This document shows, piece after piece, positions 9,002 through 16,368 of a stretch of DNA of 32,000 nt (positions are counted from its first letter, which is position 1; every line of letters begins with the position of its first letter). Made by a program: the position numbers and the translations under genes. Where the stretch lies: positions 894,593 to 926,592 of the forward strand of contig DP000238.1 of the NCBI GenBank assembly GCA_000200715.1. Direction: 5' to 3'. The DNA is from Cenarchaeum symbiosum A. Lineage in GTDB: Archaea > Thermoproteota > Nitrososphaeria > Nitrososphaerales > Nitrosopumilaceae. Under the pieces are notes generated by a model. It saw only the letters and a list, made by a program, of their open reading frames with translations. It was not told the DNA's origin and ran no database searches.

Positions 9002-9094
9002 ATATCTATTAACAAATATTCTTATATAACTTTGTATATTCACGCAGAAATGATTGTATTGGGAACAGGCGATTCACGCCTGCATTCTGATATG

Positions 9095-9119
9095 TTTCAA
9101 AACTCGTATTTAGAAACAT
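9095..9119. repeat. Left copy of a 25-bp inverted repeat (partner at 10065-10089)
   Basis: tttcaaaactcgtatttagaaacat compared with the reverse complement of 10065-10089, tttcaaaactcgtatttggaaacat: 24 of 25 identical. Confidence 0.85.
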
Positions 9120-9274
9120 TTGAGATTATCATGCTGTGTCATGCCGTCAATCAACCGCCTACCTGCTCCAAGACATCCTGGGCGGGCTCCCGGCATCGCC
9201 CTACGGTCCGCCAGAGGGATCCGGCATGCGCAGAAACCTGCAGATAGCCCTCAAGACCTCCTGTATCATCTCAG

Positions 9275-9294
9275 GCGTAAAAGCTAAACCCCCC
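9275..9294 (+). repeat. Copy A of a perfect 20-nt direct repeat, gcgtaaaagctaaacccccc
   Basis: An identical 20-mer occurs at 9441-9460. It contains AAAGCTAAA, which also lies (as TTTAGCTTT on the minus strand) at TATA-box distance upstream of the ArsR gene. Confidence 0.85.
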
Positions 9295-9440
9295 GGGTAC
9301 TGTCCCGTATTCAGGCACGGACCACGGCCTGCGAAAATCCCCGATTCCAAGGGGGGTTTAACACTCGTGCCTGCATACAGCATGCAACCGTCAAAAGAGC
9401 GGGGTGCCCCAGCTCAGGTTGTGCCACTGTTCGATACCGT

Positions 9441-9460
9441 GCGTAAAAGCTAAACCCCCC
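9441..9460 (+). repeat. Copy B of the perfect 20-nt direct repeat, gcgtaaaagctaaacccccc
   Basis: Identical to 9275-9294. It lies 50-69 nt upstream of the GTG start at 9510. Confidence 0.85.
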
Positions 9461-9509
9461 ATATAGCTGGAAATACCACCTATATACGGCCCAGAGACCC
9501 GCCGGATCC

Positions 9510-10001
9510 GTGGCAGGAATCGTCATCGGGATAATCATCGGGGCGATAGTGGCATCTATGGGGGTGGCCATGTACTTTTACTTCGAGTACCAGCCGGATA
9601 TTTTGCAGGTACAGGCGGGGGAGCCGGTAGTGGTGGGCCCCGTCAGGTATGTGATAGAGTTTGACGGGACACATGGCGGGGATGAGGAGACCGTCCCGGA
9701 ACACACGTTTGTAAAGATCCGCATCAGGGCCACGAATATCTCCGGCGAGGAGACCCGGATGTCTGGCGGGCAGTTCCACATAACAGATGTAAACGGGACA
9801 AAGGTGCAGCCGGTATACGGGGCTTTCTCGGATGAGGACCTGCTGGAACACCACCTGGTGCCGGGGGAGGAATCTGCCTGGACGACCCAGTTTGATGTTC
9901 CGTTTGGCGAGGGAACACAGTACAGCATAGCCATAAGGCCCACAAAAGACCAGGCATCGGCCGACGTGGGGATGGTATGCATTTTGAACTGTGTTCCTTG
10001 A
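9510..10001 (+). CDS. Membrane-anchored protein with a DUF4352-like extracellular beta-sandwich domain
   Basis: GTG start. An N-terminal TM helix (AGIVIGIIIGAIVASMGVAMYFYF) is followed by a pattern typical of DUF4352 (FVKIRIRATNISGEE...FHITDVNGTKVQP...LVPGEESAWTTQFDVP). A TATA-like ctatatac lies at 9479-9486. Confidence 0.65.
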   Translation: MAGIVIGIIIGAIVASMGVAMYFYFEYQPDILQVQAGEPVVVGPVRYVIEFDGTHGGDEETVPEHTFVKIRIRATNISGEETRMSGGQFHITDVNGTKVQPVYGAFSDEDLLEHHLVPGEESAWTTQFDVPFGEGTQYSIAIRPTKDQASADVGMVCILNCVP

Positions 10002-10064
10002 CGGGGCTTGTGCAGGGGTAAAATTCAGGGAATGCGCACTTTTGATCCGCATGTTGGATTGTCC

Positions 10065-10089
10065 ATGTTTCCAAATACGAGTTTTGAAA
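10065..10089. repeat. Right copy of the 25-bp inverted repeat (partner at 9095-9119)
   Basis: atgtttccaaatacgagttttgaaa. It lies between the convergent stops at 10001 and 10097. Confidence 0.85.
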
Positions 10090-10096
10090 GATTGGG

Positions 10097-10495
10097 CTAG
10101 TCGGCCTTGAGCTCGGGCATTACAAAGGGCTTTTCGGGAAGTATCTTTAGGATTATCCTCTTTTCACCGGGCCGCCTGAATGGGTACTGGTCCCTGCCCA
10201 TGTACTTTTTTGTCAGCCGGTCTATGTGTGCGTATTCATAGTCGGGGAGTATCTCCAGGACCCTTCCGCGTACCGTCACCATGTCCAGCGGGTCTGTACT
10301 GTCCGTTATCGAGACTGCCACGCGGGGGTCGCGGAGCACGTTTTTGTGCTTGACCCTGCCTTCTGCGGTGTTTACCAGGATGTGGCCGTCCTCATAGTCG
10401 CACCAGACGGGGGAGAGCTGCGGAGAACCGTCGGGCATGAGAGTGGCAATGTGGGCGATGTTTTTTCCCCCAAAGAGGCCAAGGCCGGAGCGCAT
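10097..10495 (-). CDS. Pyridoxamine 5'-phosphate oxidase family (FMN/F420-binding split-barrel) protein
   Basis: The 132-aa sequence has the family pattern NIAHIATLMPDGSPQLSPVWCDYEDGHILVNTAEGRVKHKNVLRDPRVAVSI. It starts 8 nt downstream of the ArsR gene on the same strand. Confidence 0.8.
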   Translation of the reverse strand: MRSGLGLFGGKNIAHIATLMPDGSPQLSPVWCDYEDGHILVNTAEGRVKHKNVLRDPRVAVSITDSTDPLDMVTVRGRVLEILPDYEYAHIDRLTKKYMGRDQYPFRRPGEKRIILKILPEKPFVMPELKAD

Positions 10496-10503
10496 CGGGC
10501 CCT

Positions 10504-11025
10504 CTACCTCCCCCGTGCGGGGGCTTTCTGGCTTTTTTCGAGCATCTGCGTCATGACCCTGTTCATTATCTCCATCATCAGATACTGCGAGTACTGGGGG
10601 TCGGGCCGCTTGCCGCTGCCGGATGACGCCCTGGCGGAGACCGTCTTGAATACATCTTCGAGCTTTTTTGCGGTGCTCTTTATGACCGAGGAGTAGCGGG
10701 AGTCAAAGTCGTCTGGCGCCTCGTAGCCGAGCAGCCTGGTCGATGTGCCATAGTACTTTGTTATGGCCCCGCGGACCTCGTCTATCCTTGCAACCTCGAT
10801 GAGGCCCGCCTCCTTGAGTATTTCCAGGTGGTGCCGTATGGTGGTCATCGCCTTTTTGTGTCCGGACTTGTTGAGCTGGGTCACTATCTGCTCGGCGTTC
10901 ATGGACCGGTGGTAAAGTATCCGGAGTATGCGGAAGCGCGTGGGATCCCCGATGGCCCGGGCCTGGTCGGTGTTCGTGGTGACGGTCCGGCTTACCTTGA
11001 TTCTTTTTTCGAGCAGCGTTGGCAT
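10504..11025 (-). CDS. ArsR-family winged-helix transcriptional regulator
   Basis: ArsR/SmtB-type HTH (AIGDPTRFRILRILYHRSMNAEQIVTQLNKSGHKKAMTTIRHHLEILKEAGLIE) with a C-terminal extension. TTTAGCTTT on the minus strand is centred about 26 nt upstream of the ATG. Confidence 0.85.
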   Translation of the reverse strand: MPTLLEKRIKVSRTVTTNTDQARAIGDPTRFRILRILYHRSMNAEQIVTQLNKSGHKKAMTTIRHHLEILKEAGLIEVARIDEVRGAITKYYGTSTRLLGYEAPDDFDSRYSSVIKSTAKKLEDVFKTVSARASSGSGKRPDPQYSQYLMMEIMNRVMTQMLEKSQKAPARGR

Positions 11026-11034
11026 TCAATTGTT

Positions 11035-11327
11035 GGTAGCGGTACAAAGCTAAAAATGGTGGGGATCATATTTTCTTGCCCATTCGCATTAATTTTTTTC
11101 CGCTACTATATGCATGATAGCGGTAGGAATCCACGGGCCTGTCTTGCAGATGCGCGGTAGCGGTCTGCATGAGGGGCCTTGCATGCCATGGTAATGGGGC
11201 CGATACTATGGAAATAGATGTGTTATGGTAATGCATGGTGTAAATCTATTTGTATGGTTTTGCTACTATATTCATAGATAGTGTAATAATACAATAGTAA
11301 TGCTACTATATTTGTCATAGTGGTAGC
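11035..11327. promoter_or_regulatory. Cluster of GCTAC/GTAGC half-sites and GCTACTATA boxes upstream of the ArsR-PPOX operon (candidate operator region)
   Basis: gctactata occurs at 11102-11110, 11262-11270 and 11302-11310. There are imperfect palindromes ccgcta-ctatatgcatga-tagcgg (11100-11123, centred on ATGCAT) and gctactatat-ttgtc-atagtggtagc (11302-11327). ggtagcggt occurs at 11035 and 11156. Confidence 0.4.
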
Positions 11328-11441
11328 TGATCCGGGCCGGGGGCGGGATGTGGCGGGCAGGGGGGCCGGCAGGGGCATGGGAGAGCCCGGAGGGGGATGT
11401 GCGGGCCTAAAGAAGGCATGGCAAACAAGAGTCACAGGCAT

Positions 11442-11614
11442 GGCAATGGAGAAGACCGGCGTGGGCACAGCATAGTAGGGCTCCAAAAAAGAGTCCTATT
11501 CAGGGCAATGGACGGCGCCGGCGTGGGCACGGCATACGAGGGCTCCAAAAAAGAGTCCTATTCAGGGCAATGGACAGTACCGGCTGGGCACGGCATACAA
11601 GGGCCCAAACAAGG
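11442..11614. repeat. 62-bp tandem repeat, about 2.8 copies, non-coding
   Basis: Units start at 11442, 11504 and 11566: ggcaatgga-N8-ggc(g)tgggcac(a/g)gcata(g/c)(t/g)agggctccaaaaaagagtcctattcag. The third copy is decayed. It lies in the 3' flank of purC. Confidence 0.85.
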
Positions 11615-11690
11615 TCAAAATATGACAAAGCTCGGACGGGGCCCGGGCGCCTGCCGGGAAGTCTATGCAGCCTCACAGCACAAAGGGTGC

Positions 11691-12512
11691 TCAGAGGGGC
11701 CTGCCGGCAATCCTTTCGTATGCAGAGATGTACCGCGCGGTCATCCGCTCTATAATCTCGCCAGGTATGGCAGGCGGACGGGGGGGCCTTCCTGCGGCCC
11801 GCTCCTCGTCAAATCTTTTCTTGTATCCTGCCCCATCCAGCCAGTCGCGGAGGATCTGCTTGTCAAAGGCCTCCTGGATGGCTCCCGGACTGTACTGTTC
11901 TGCGGGCCACAGCCTGCACTCGTCAGGGCCAATAGAGTCGCCGAGGGTTATGCTGCCGCCAAGCCTGCCAAATTCGAGTTTTACGTCTGCCAGCACGAAT
12001 CCCGCGGCTTCTGCCGCGACCGACATTGCATTGTACACCTCGATGGACTTTGCAGAGAGCCAGTCGTACTCTTTTTCCGTTACCAGGCCTTCAGATACCG
12101 CTGATTTTCTATCCACTGGAAGGTCGTGCTCGGACTTTGTGGTGGGATCAAAGAACGGCTCCGGGAGCCGGGACGCCAGGGGCGGAGGCCCCCCAGCCAT
12201 GCTGATCTCCCCCTTTTCCACCCGGGCTGCCATGCTGCCGTAATAATACCCCCGGACGATACACTCGATGGGGAGCATCTCCATTTTATTCACTATAATC
12301 TCGGTATCCGCGCGCCTCTCGACAAAGTGGCTCGGGATGGGGAGCCTCCTGAACCAGTACTCGGCAAACTTGCAGAGCACCTCGCCCTTGCGGGGGATCT
12401 CTTCGTGGAATTTGACATCGTATGCGGATACGCGGTCGCTGAACCGGAAGAGCAGCCTACCCCCTTCCAGCTCATAGATGTCCTTTACCTTGCCTGACGT
12501 TAGGAACCTCAA
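11691..12512 (-). CDS. purC: Phosphoribosylaminoimidazole-succinocarboxamide (SAICAR) synthase
   Basis: SAICAR synthetase signatures are present: [10 protein letters not shown] and LADVKLEFG. It begins ...GKVKDIYE and has typical length. The start is TTG at 12510-12512, so the exact start is uncertain. Confidence 0.9.
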
Positions 12513-12803
12513 CCGAAGAGCTGTGGCACGGCGCGATTTAACTTGTCCGTTCGGGGACTGTCAAGTCTGTGGACATGGGGCAAAAAGTGTCGAGCCCGGG
12601 ACATGGCAAATTTCTTTAAATATTGTCAGGCACAAAAATTATTCCATGCCCCCGCGGGTTAGCAGATTAGAGGCTGTGTCCCCACAATTTAACAGAATCG
12701 GTACTTTTACGGTATGAATACGGTATATATAGGATATCAGAACCATATTCGTCTATGCGAGGCGCATGTTAGCATATTTTATCGCCCGGGTTGGCTCGGA
12801 CTG

Positions 12804-13676
12804 ATGAGCATATCCAAGAGCAGGGCCAGGATTAGGCTTGATACTGATCGCGTGTACTACAAGGATTCTCGAATGATGACGGAGATACCCGACAATTCCA
12901 TAAACTGTGTGATTACCAGCCCCCCGTATTTTTCCATAAACGATTATTCATTGGATGGATACCAGCGGAAGAGGCATTCAGGGAATAAGGCTGCCCAGTT
13001 AGGCAACATCAAAAAATTTGAAACATACATAGGCGAATTGCTCAAGGTGTGGAGCGAGTGCGAGAGGGTCTTGCGCCCCAATGGAAAACTCATCATCAAT
13101 GCTCCGCTGATGCCCATGCTCAAAAGGGTATACAATACGCATTTTAACCGGCACATATTCAACATACACTCGGAGATACAGAGGTCTATACTGGATGATA
13201 CCGGCCTGTTCCTGCTCGACGTATACATCTGGAACCGTACAAACCCATCCAAAAAACCGATGTTCGGCAGCTATCCATACCCGAGCAATTTCTATGCCCA
13301 GAATACGATAGAGTTCATTGCCGTCTACGTAAAGGACGGCAAGTCTGACAACAACATATCAAAAACGCGCAAGAGACGGAGCCGGCTGACCCAGAAGGAA
13401 TGGGTGGAGTATACCAAACAGGTGTGGGACATACCCATGCCCAACAAGGGGGACAGCGCGTTCGGCAAGCATCCCGCAATAATGCCGGAAGAGATACCGC
13501 GCAGATGCATCCGCCTGTTTACGTTTGAGGGGGATGTCGTACTCGACCCGTTCTCCGGTTCGGGTACCACGCTAAAGATGGCCAAAAAACTCAACCGAAA
13601 GTACATAGGCTATGAGATAATGAAGTCGTACAAGGGCCATATAACGGAAAAATTGGGAGAGGCGGATGACGAATAA
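12804..13676 (+). CDS. Beta-class DNA methyltransferase (N4-cytosine/N6-adenine family; SPPY motif suggests m4C)
   Basis: Motif IV (VITSPPYF) lies N-terminal of motif I (VLDPFSGSGTT), and HPAIMPEEIPRRCI is present, as in the N6_N4_Mtase family. The ORF track starts at 12714. I prefer the ATG at 12804 because catattttat (12773-12782) sits about 26 nt upstream of it. Confidence 0.85.
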   Translation: MSISKSRARIRLDTDRVYYKDSRMMTEIPDNSINCVITSPPYFSINDYSLDGYQRKRHSGNKAAQLGNIKKFETYIGELLKVWSECERVLRPNGKLIINAPLMPMLKRVYNTHFNRHIFNIHSEIQRSILDDTGLFLLDVYIWNRTNPSKKPMFGSYPYPSNFYAQNTIEFIAVYVKDGKSDNNISKTRKRRSRLTQKEWVEYTKQVWDIPMPNKGDSAFGKHPAIMPEEIPRRCIRLFTFEGDVVLDPFSGSGTTLKMAKKLNRKYIGYEIMKSYKGHITEKLGEADDE

Positions 13677-14445
13677 ACTATCCCACATGGACTGCATCAG
13701 GTTCCTGGAAGGCATAGGGGACAAAACGGTCGACCTGGCCGTAGTCGACCCGCCATACAACCTCAAGGTGGACAAGTGGGACACCTTCGAGTCCCAGGAA
13801 GATTTTCTCAAGTTTACCTTTGCGTGGATGGACTGCCTTGTCCCAAAGCTGAAAGAGACCGCCGGCCTGTATGTGTTCAACACCCCCTTCAACTCCGCAT
13901 ACATGCTCCAGCACCTGGTAGAACAGGGATTGATGTTCCAGAACTGGATTACCTGGGACAAAAGGGACGGCATGTCATATACAAAAAAGCGGTATGCCAA
14001 CGGCCAGGAGACCATCCTGTTTTTTACCAAGAGTGGCAAGTATACGTTCAACCATGATGACATACGCGTGCCCTACGAGTCTGTTCAGCGGATAGAGCAC
14101 GCAAAGACACGGGGCATATTGAAAAACGGCAAGAGATGGTATCCCAATTCCAGGGGCAGGATGTGCGGGGAGATTTGGCACATGAGTAGTGAGCGCCACA
14201 AGGTCAAGGTCAACGGAAAAGTGCAGAGGCTCCCCCACAAGACGGTAAAACCGCTGGACATGATTAAGCGCATAATCACTGCCAGCAGTAATGAGGGCGA
14301 CTTGGTAATTGACTGCTTTGCGGGATCCGGCACAACAGCGCTCGCGTGCAAGCAGCTGAATAGGAATTTCATCGGGTGTGACAGCAACGAGCAGTACGTT
14401 CTGTCTGCACGCAGGCGCATACGGACCGGTGTTATTCACATATGA
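13666..14445 (+). CDS. Beta-class DNA methyltransferase (DPPY motif, likely N6-adenine)
   Basis: Motif IV AVVDPPYN, then HKTVKPLDMIKRII, then motif I VIDCFAGSGTTALA and FIGCDSNEQY. It overlaps the preceding methyltransferase gene by 11 nt. Confidence 0.9.
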   Translation: MTNKLSHMDCIRFLEGIGDKTVDLAVVDPPYNLKVDKWDTFESQEDFLKFTFAWMDCLVPKLKETAGLYVFNTPFNSAYMLQHLVEQGLMFQNWITWDKRDGMSYTKKRYANGQETILFFTKSGKYTFNHDDIRVPYESVQRIEHAKTRGILKNGKRWYPNSRGRMCGEIWHMSSERHKVKVNGKVQRLPHKTVKPLDMIKRIITASSNEGDLVIDCFAGSGTTALACKQLNRNFIGCDSNEQYVLSARRRIRTGVIHI

Positions 14446-14739
14446 CTGACAGGTATAATTTCCCAAGGGCTGATCCCGGCAATCCTGCGTCGATATACCT
14501 GGCAGGCAGGATAGATTGTGATAATTACCGCGGTTCCGTGTCATCACAGCACAACAGATACACCATGGCAGGGGGCCACGGATCAGGCTAGAATGGTAGA
14601 GAACATCATGCAGAAGATACTGATCAAGATGTTGGTCTACAACCGGTTTGTGCTCATGCGCACATGATGTATGAAGGAGATGACACTACACTGACCTTTT
14701 AGCCGAGTTATGGAACAATTTACTCGGTATTTGTAATTT

Positions 14740-15372
14740 CTAATATTTTTTTAGAAATTCTTTCAACTCATTTATTGTCAGGGCGAACACTGTTTTTTTG
14801 TTGGCCATGTCTTCTAATTTTTCCATTTTGGTTTGATTGGCCATACCGTTGTTTGTATTGTAAAATGAGCCGTCGGCAATGGCCAAAAATATGGTATTGG
14901 AATCCTTTGAGATATTGGCAGAATCAATAAAACATTGCAAATCGTTGTACTGGTTATCTTGATGTCCTCCAGAGTCTTTGGTATATTTGTGATACGCAAA
15001 GAACTCCTTTCCATGATATTCCCAGTAAAAATCAATACTTTTACAGGTTGGATCCATTCCCTTTTTTTTCATTTCTTTTTGATCGATAATCTTCCCATTT
15101 TCTATGAATACATGTTTCGATAATTTCTTAAATTTTTTAACATCTTTTATTTTTGTGATAAAATTGGCAGCAGCTATTTCATACATATTCTGGCGTATTG
15201 GATCCACCACAAAAAACCATGCAAACATTTTATCATTTTTAATTTTATTTTTTACTTTGATATAATTATACTTAGTACGCTCACAGTATTTTTTCACTTT
15301 ATTGTTCGATATGATATTCTTCTCTGCATTTTCCAACATTTTTTCCGCCCTTATCTTTTCATAATCAAGCAT
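14740..15372 (-). CDS. Candidate type II restriction endonuclease (small Lys-rich protein translationally coupled to a methyltransferase)
   Basis: The call rests on context only. It lies immediately downstream of the NPPW methyltransferase, with an 8-nt start/stop overlap (ATGCTTGA at 15365-15372), and shares the same strongly AT-rich composition. I did not recognise a catalytic motif with confidence. The track's longer start at 15468 runs inside the upstream gene. Confidence 0.5.
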   Translation of the reverse strand: MLDYEKIRAEKMLENAEKNIISNNKVKKYCERTKYNYIKVKNKIKNDKMFAWFFVVDPIRQNMYEIAAANFITKIKDVKKFKKLSKHVFIENGKIIDQKEMKKKGMDPTCKSIDFYWEYHGKEFFAYHKYTKDSGGHQDNQYNDLQCFIDSANISKDSNTIFLAIADGSFYNTNNGMANQTKMEKLEDMANKKTVFALTINELKEFLKKY

Positions 15373-16324
15373 ATCTTTCAATAATCCCCCTTGCTGTTGC
15401 ATAGTCCAACCTGCGCCTGTACTGCCCGTCCCGACGCAATCCCTTGAACGGGGCGAGAAACACATCATGCGTATTTTTCCGATATCGGTACAATGCCTTG
15501 TTCAGACGGAGAATCGTTCTGTCTAAATTTGTAAAATTCCCCCCAATTTTTGTTATCAATCTGTCACTGTGTTTTACACTTCTGGCGACTTCATCCCCCC
15601 TGCAAAATCTTATGGTAGGTCCAGCCGTGCTGTCAATGCAGATCAACCCCAGGTTTCCGCTGGGATGGTTAAAGCTTATATTTTTTACATGGCTTTGTTG
15701 CTGCATTGAATAATGAATTTCCCTCAACTTGTCGAGTGAGCCTATCAGTTTGTTGTCGTGGTATATTTTTGTATTATTTTTATTTTGTTTGGTAAATAAC
15801 GCAATACAAGCCGGGTTTTCCGTATCATTGAACATGAGACTGTTTACAAATATTACGGTATCAAGCCTGTCCCTAAACAAATTTGTCCGTAGATATGTCC
15901 CTGGAACTATATATGCCACATTCTCACAGTTATCCAGTGCCAGCTTCAGACAATATTGATAAAGATTCTCAAATCCAATATCTGGAAATTTGATCTTGCG
16001 TCTTTTAGCGGAATAGTTTGCAAGCCATGGCGGATTGCTCACGCATACGTTATACCCCGTAGGAAAATCCCGTATGGTGTCCCTCACCTTGACTTGGTTG
16101 TTTTTTGGCACAATGTCATACGAGCAAAAGGACTTGCAAAGATCTTCTTCCTTGAGCATGGTTATTATGTTATTTTTTCCTGCAAACGGCTCCAATATTT
16201 TTTTATTTTTTAATTCTATTTTCCTAGCCCATGCCTTAAACGGTCTAAGCTTGAAGGGGTTATTTGTTGTAAAATAAACACCATTCTCTCGTTTAGCCTG
16301 CATGATCATATTCTGCCGAGTCAT
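15365..16324 (-). CDS. Gamma-class N6-adenine DNA methyltransferase (NPPW)
   Basis: GVYFTT, then motif I ILEPFAGKNNI, then about 45 aa later motif IV VCVSNPPW. A C-terminal ~200 aa could be the target-recognition domain. The gene is strongly AT-rich relative to its neighbours. Confidence 0.8.
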   Translation of the reverse strand: MTRQNMIMQAKRENGVYFTTNNPFKLRPFKAWARKIELKNKKILEPFAGKNNIITMLKEEDLCKSFCSYDIVPKNNQVKVRDTIRDFPTGYNVCVSNPPWLANYSAKRRKIKFPDIGFENLYQYCLKLALDNCENVAYIVPGTYLRTNLFRDRLDTVIFVNSLMFNDTENPACIALFTKQNKNNTKIYHDNKLIGSLDKLREIHYSMQQQSHVKNISFNHPSGNLGLICIDSTAGPTIRFCRGDEVARSVKHSDRLITKIGGNFTNLDRTILRLNKALYRYRKNTHDVFLAPFKGLRRDGQYRRRLDYATARGIIERYA

Positions 16325-16344
16325 CCTGCCCCTTCCCCTTACCT

Positions 16345-16368
16345 GTTTATAACCTTTAAAATATAACT
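16345..16368 (-). promoter_or_regulatory. TATA-like promoter element of the NPPW methyltransferase/endonuclease operon
   Basis: The minus strand reads GTTATATTTTAAAGGTTATAAAC. TTATAAA is centred about 25 nt upstream of the ATG at 16324, consistent with a leaderless archaeal transcript. Confidence 0.5.

Noticed and set aside
7251-9247. Plus-strand ORFs 7251..7595, 7598..7894, 8175..8693, 8745..9029 and 8795..9247, opposite the AbiE-like pair.
   Set aside because: They are antisense to two ORFs with recognisable wHTH and nucleotidyltransferase motifs and a coupled ATGA junction. Their translations are R/P/S-rich with no motifs.
9136-9453. 105-aa + strand ORF covering the repeat-rich intergenic region.
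   Set aside because: It has no recognisable family and a P/G/K-rich composition. The two identical 20-mers fall in different reading frames, which argues that the conservation is at DNA/RNA level. I kept the region as a non-coding candidate instead.
9181-9470. Possible tRNA, SRP RNA or RNase P RNA in the structured non-coding stretch.
   Set aside because: I found no cloverleaf with a 7-bp acceptor and a T-loop (GTTCRANYC-like) on either strand. I also found no GGAAAGTCC-type RNase P motif and no SRP helix-8 features. Only generic hairpins can be seen.
11442-11614. Possible CRISPR array.
   Set aside because: The 62-bp units are contiguous, with only an 8-nt variable core. There are fewer than 3 copies, no unique ~30-40-nt spacers, and no cas genes in the window.
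11397-12497. Plus-strand ORFs 11397..12104, 11665..12243 and 12126..12497, and minus ORF 11223..11486.
   Set aside because: The plus-strand ORFs are antisense to purC, which has both SAICAR synthetase signatures. The parts outside purC fall in the tandem-repeat and G-rich region and give low-complexity peptides.
13572-14547. Minus-strand ORFs 13572..14063, 13975..14547 and 14085..14420, and plus-strand 13776..14057.
   Set aside because: They are antisense or out of frame to the DPPY methyltransferase, whose motifs IV and I and overall pattern are unambiguous.
14593-14667. 24-codon ORF (MVENIMQKILIKMLVYNRFVLMRT) between the convergent R-M genes, considered as a controller (C) protein.
   Set aside because: It is too short for an HTH controller protein, and it has no supporting promoter or conservation evidence.
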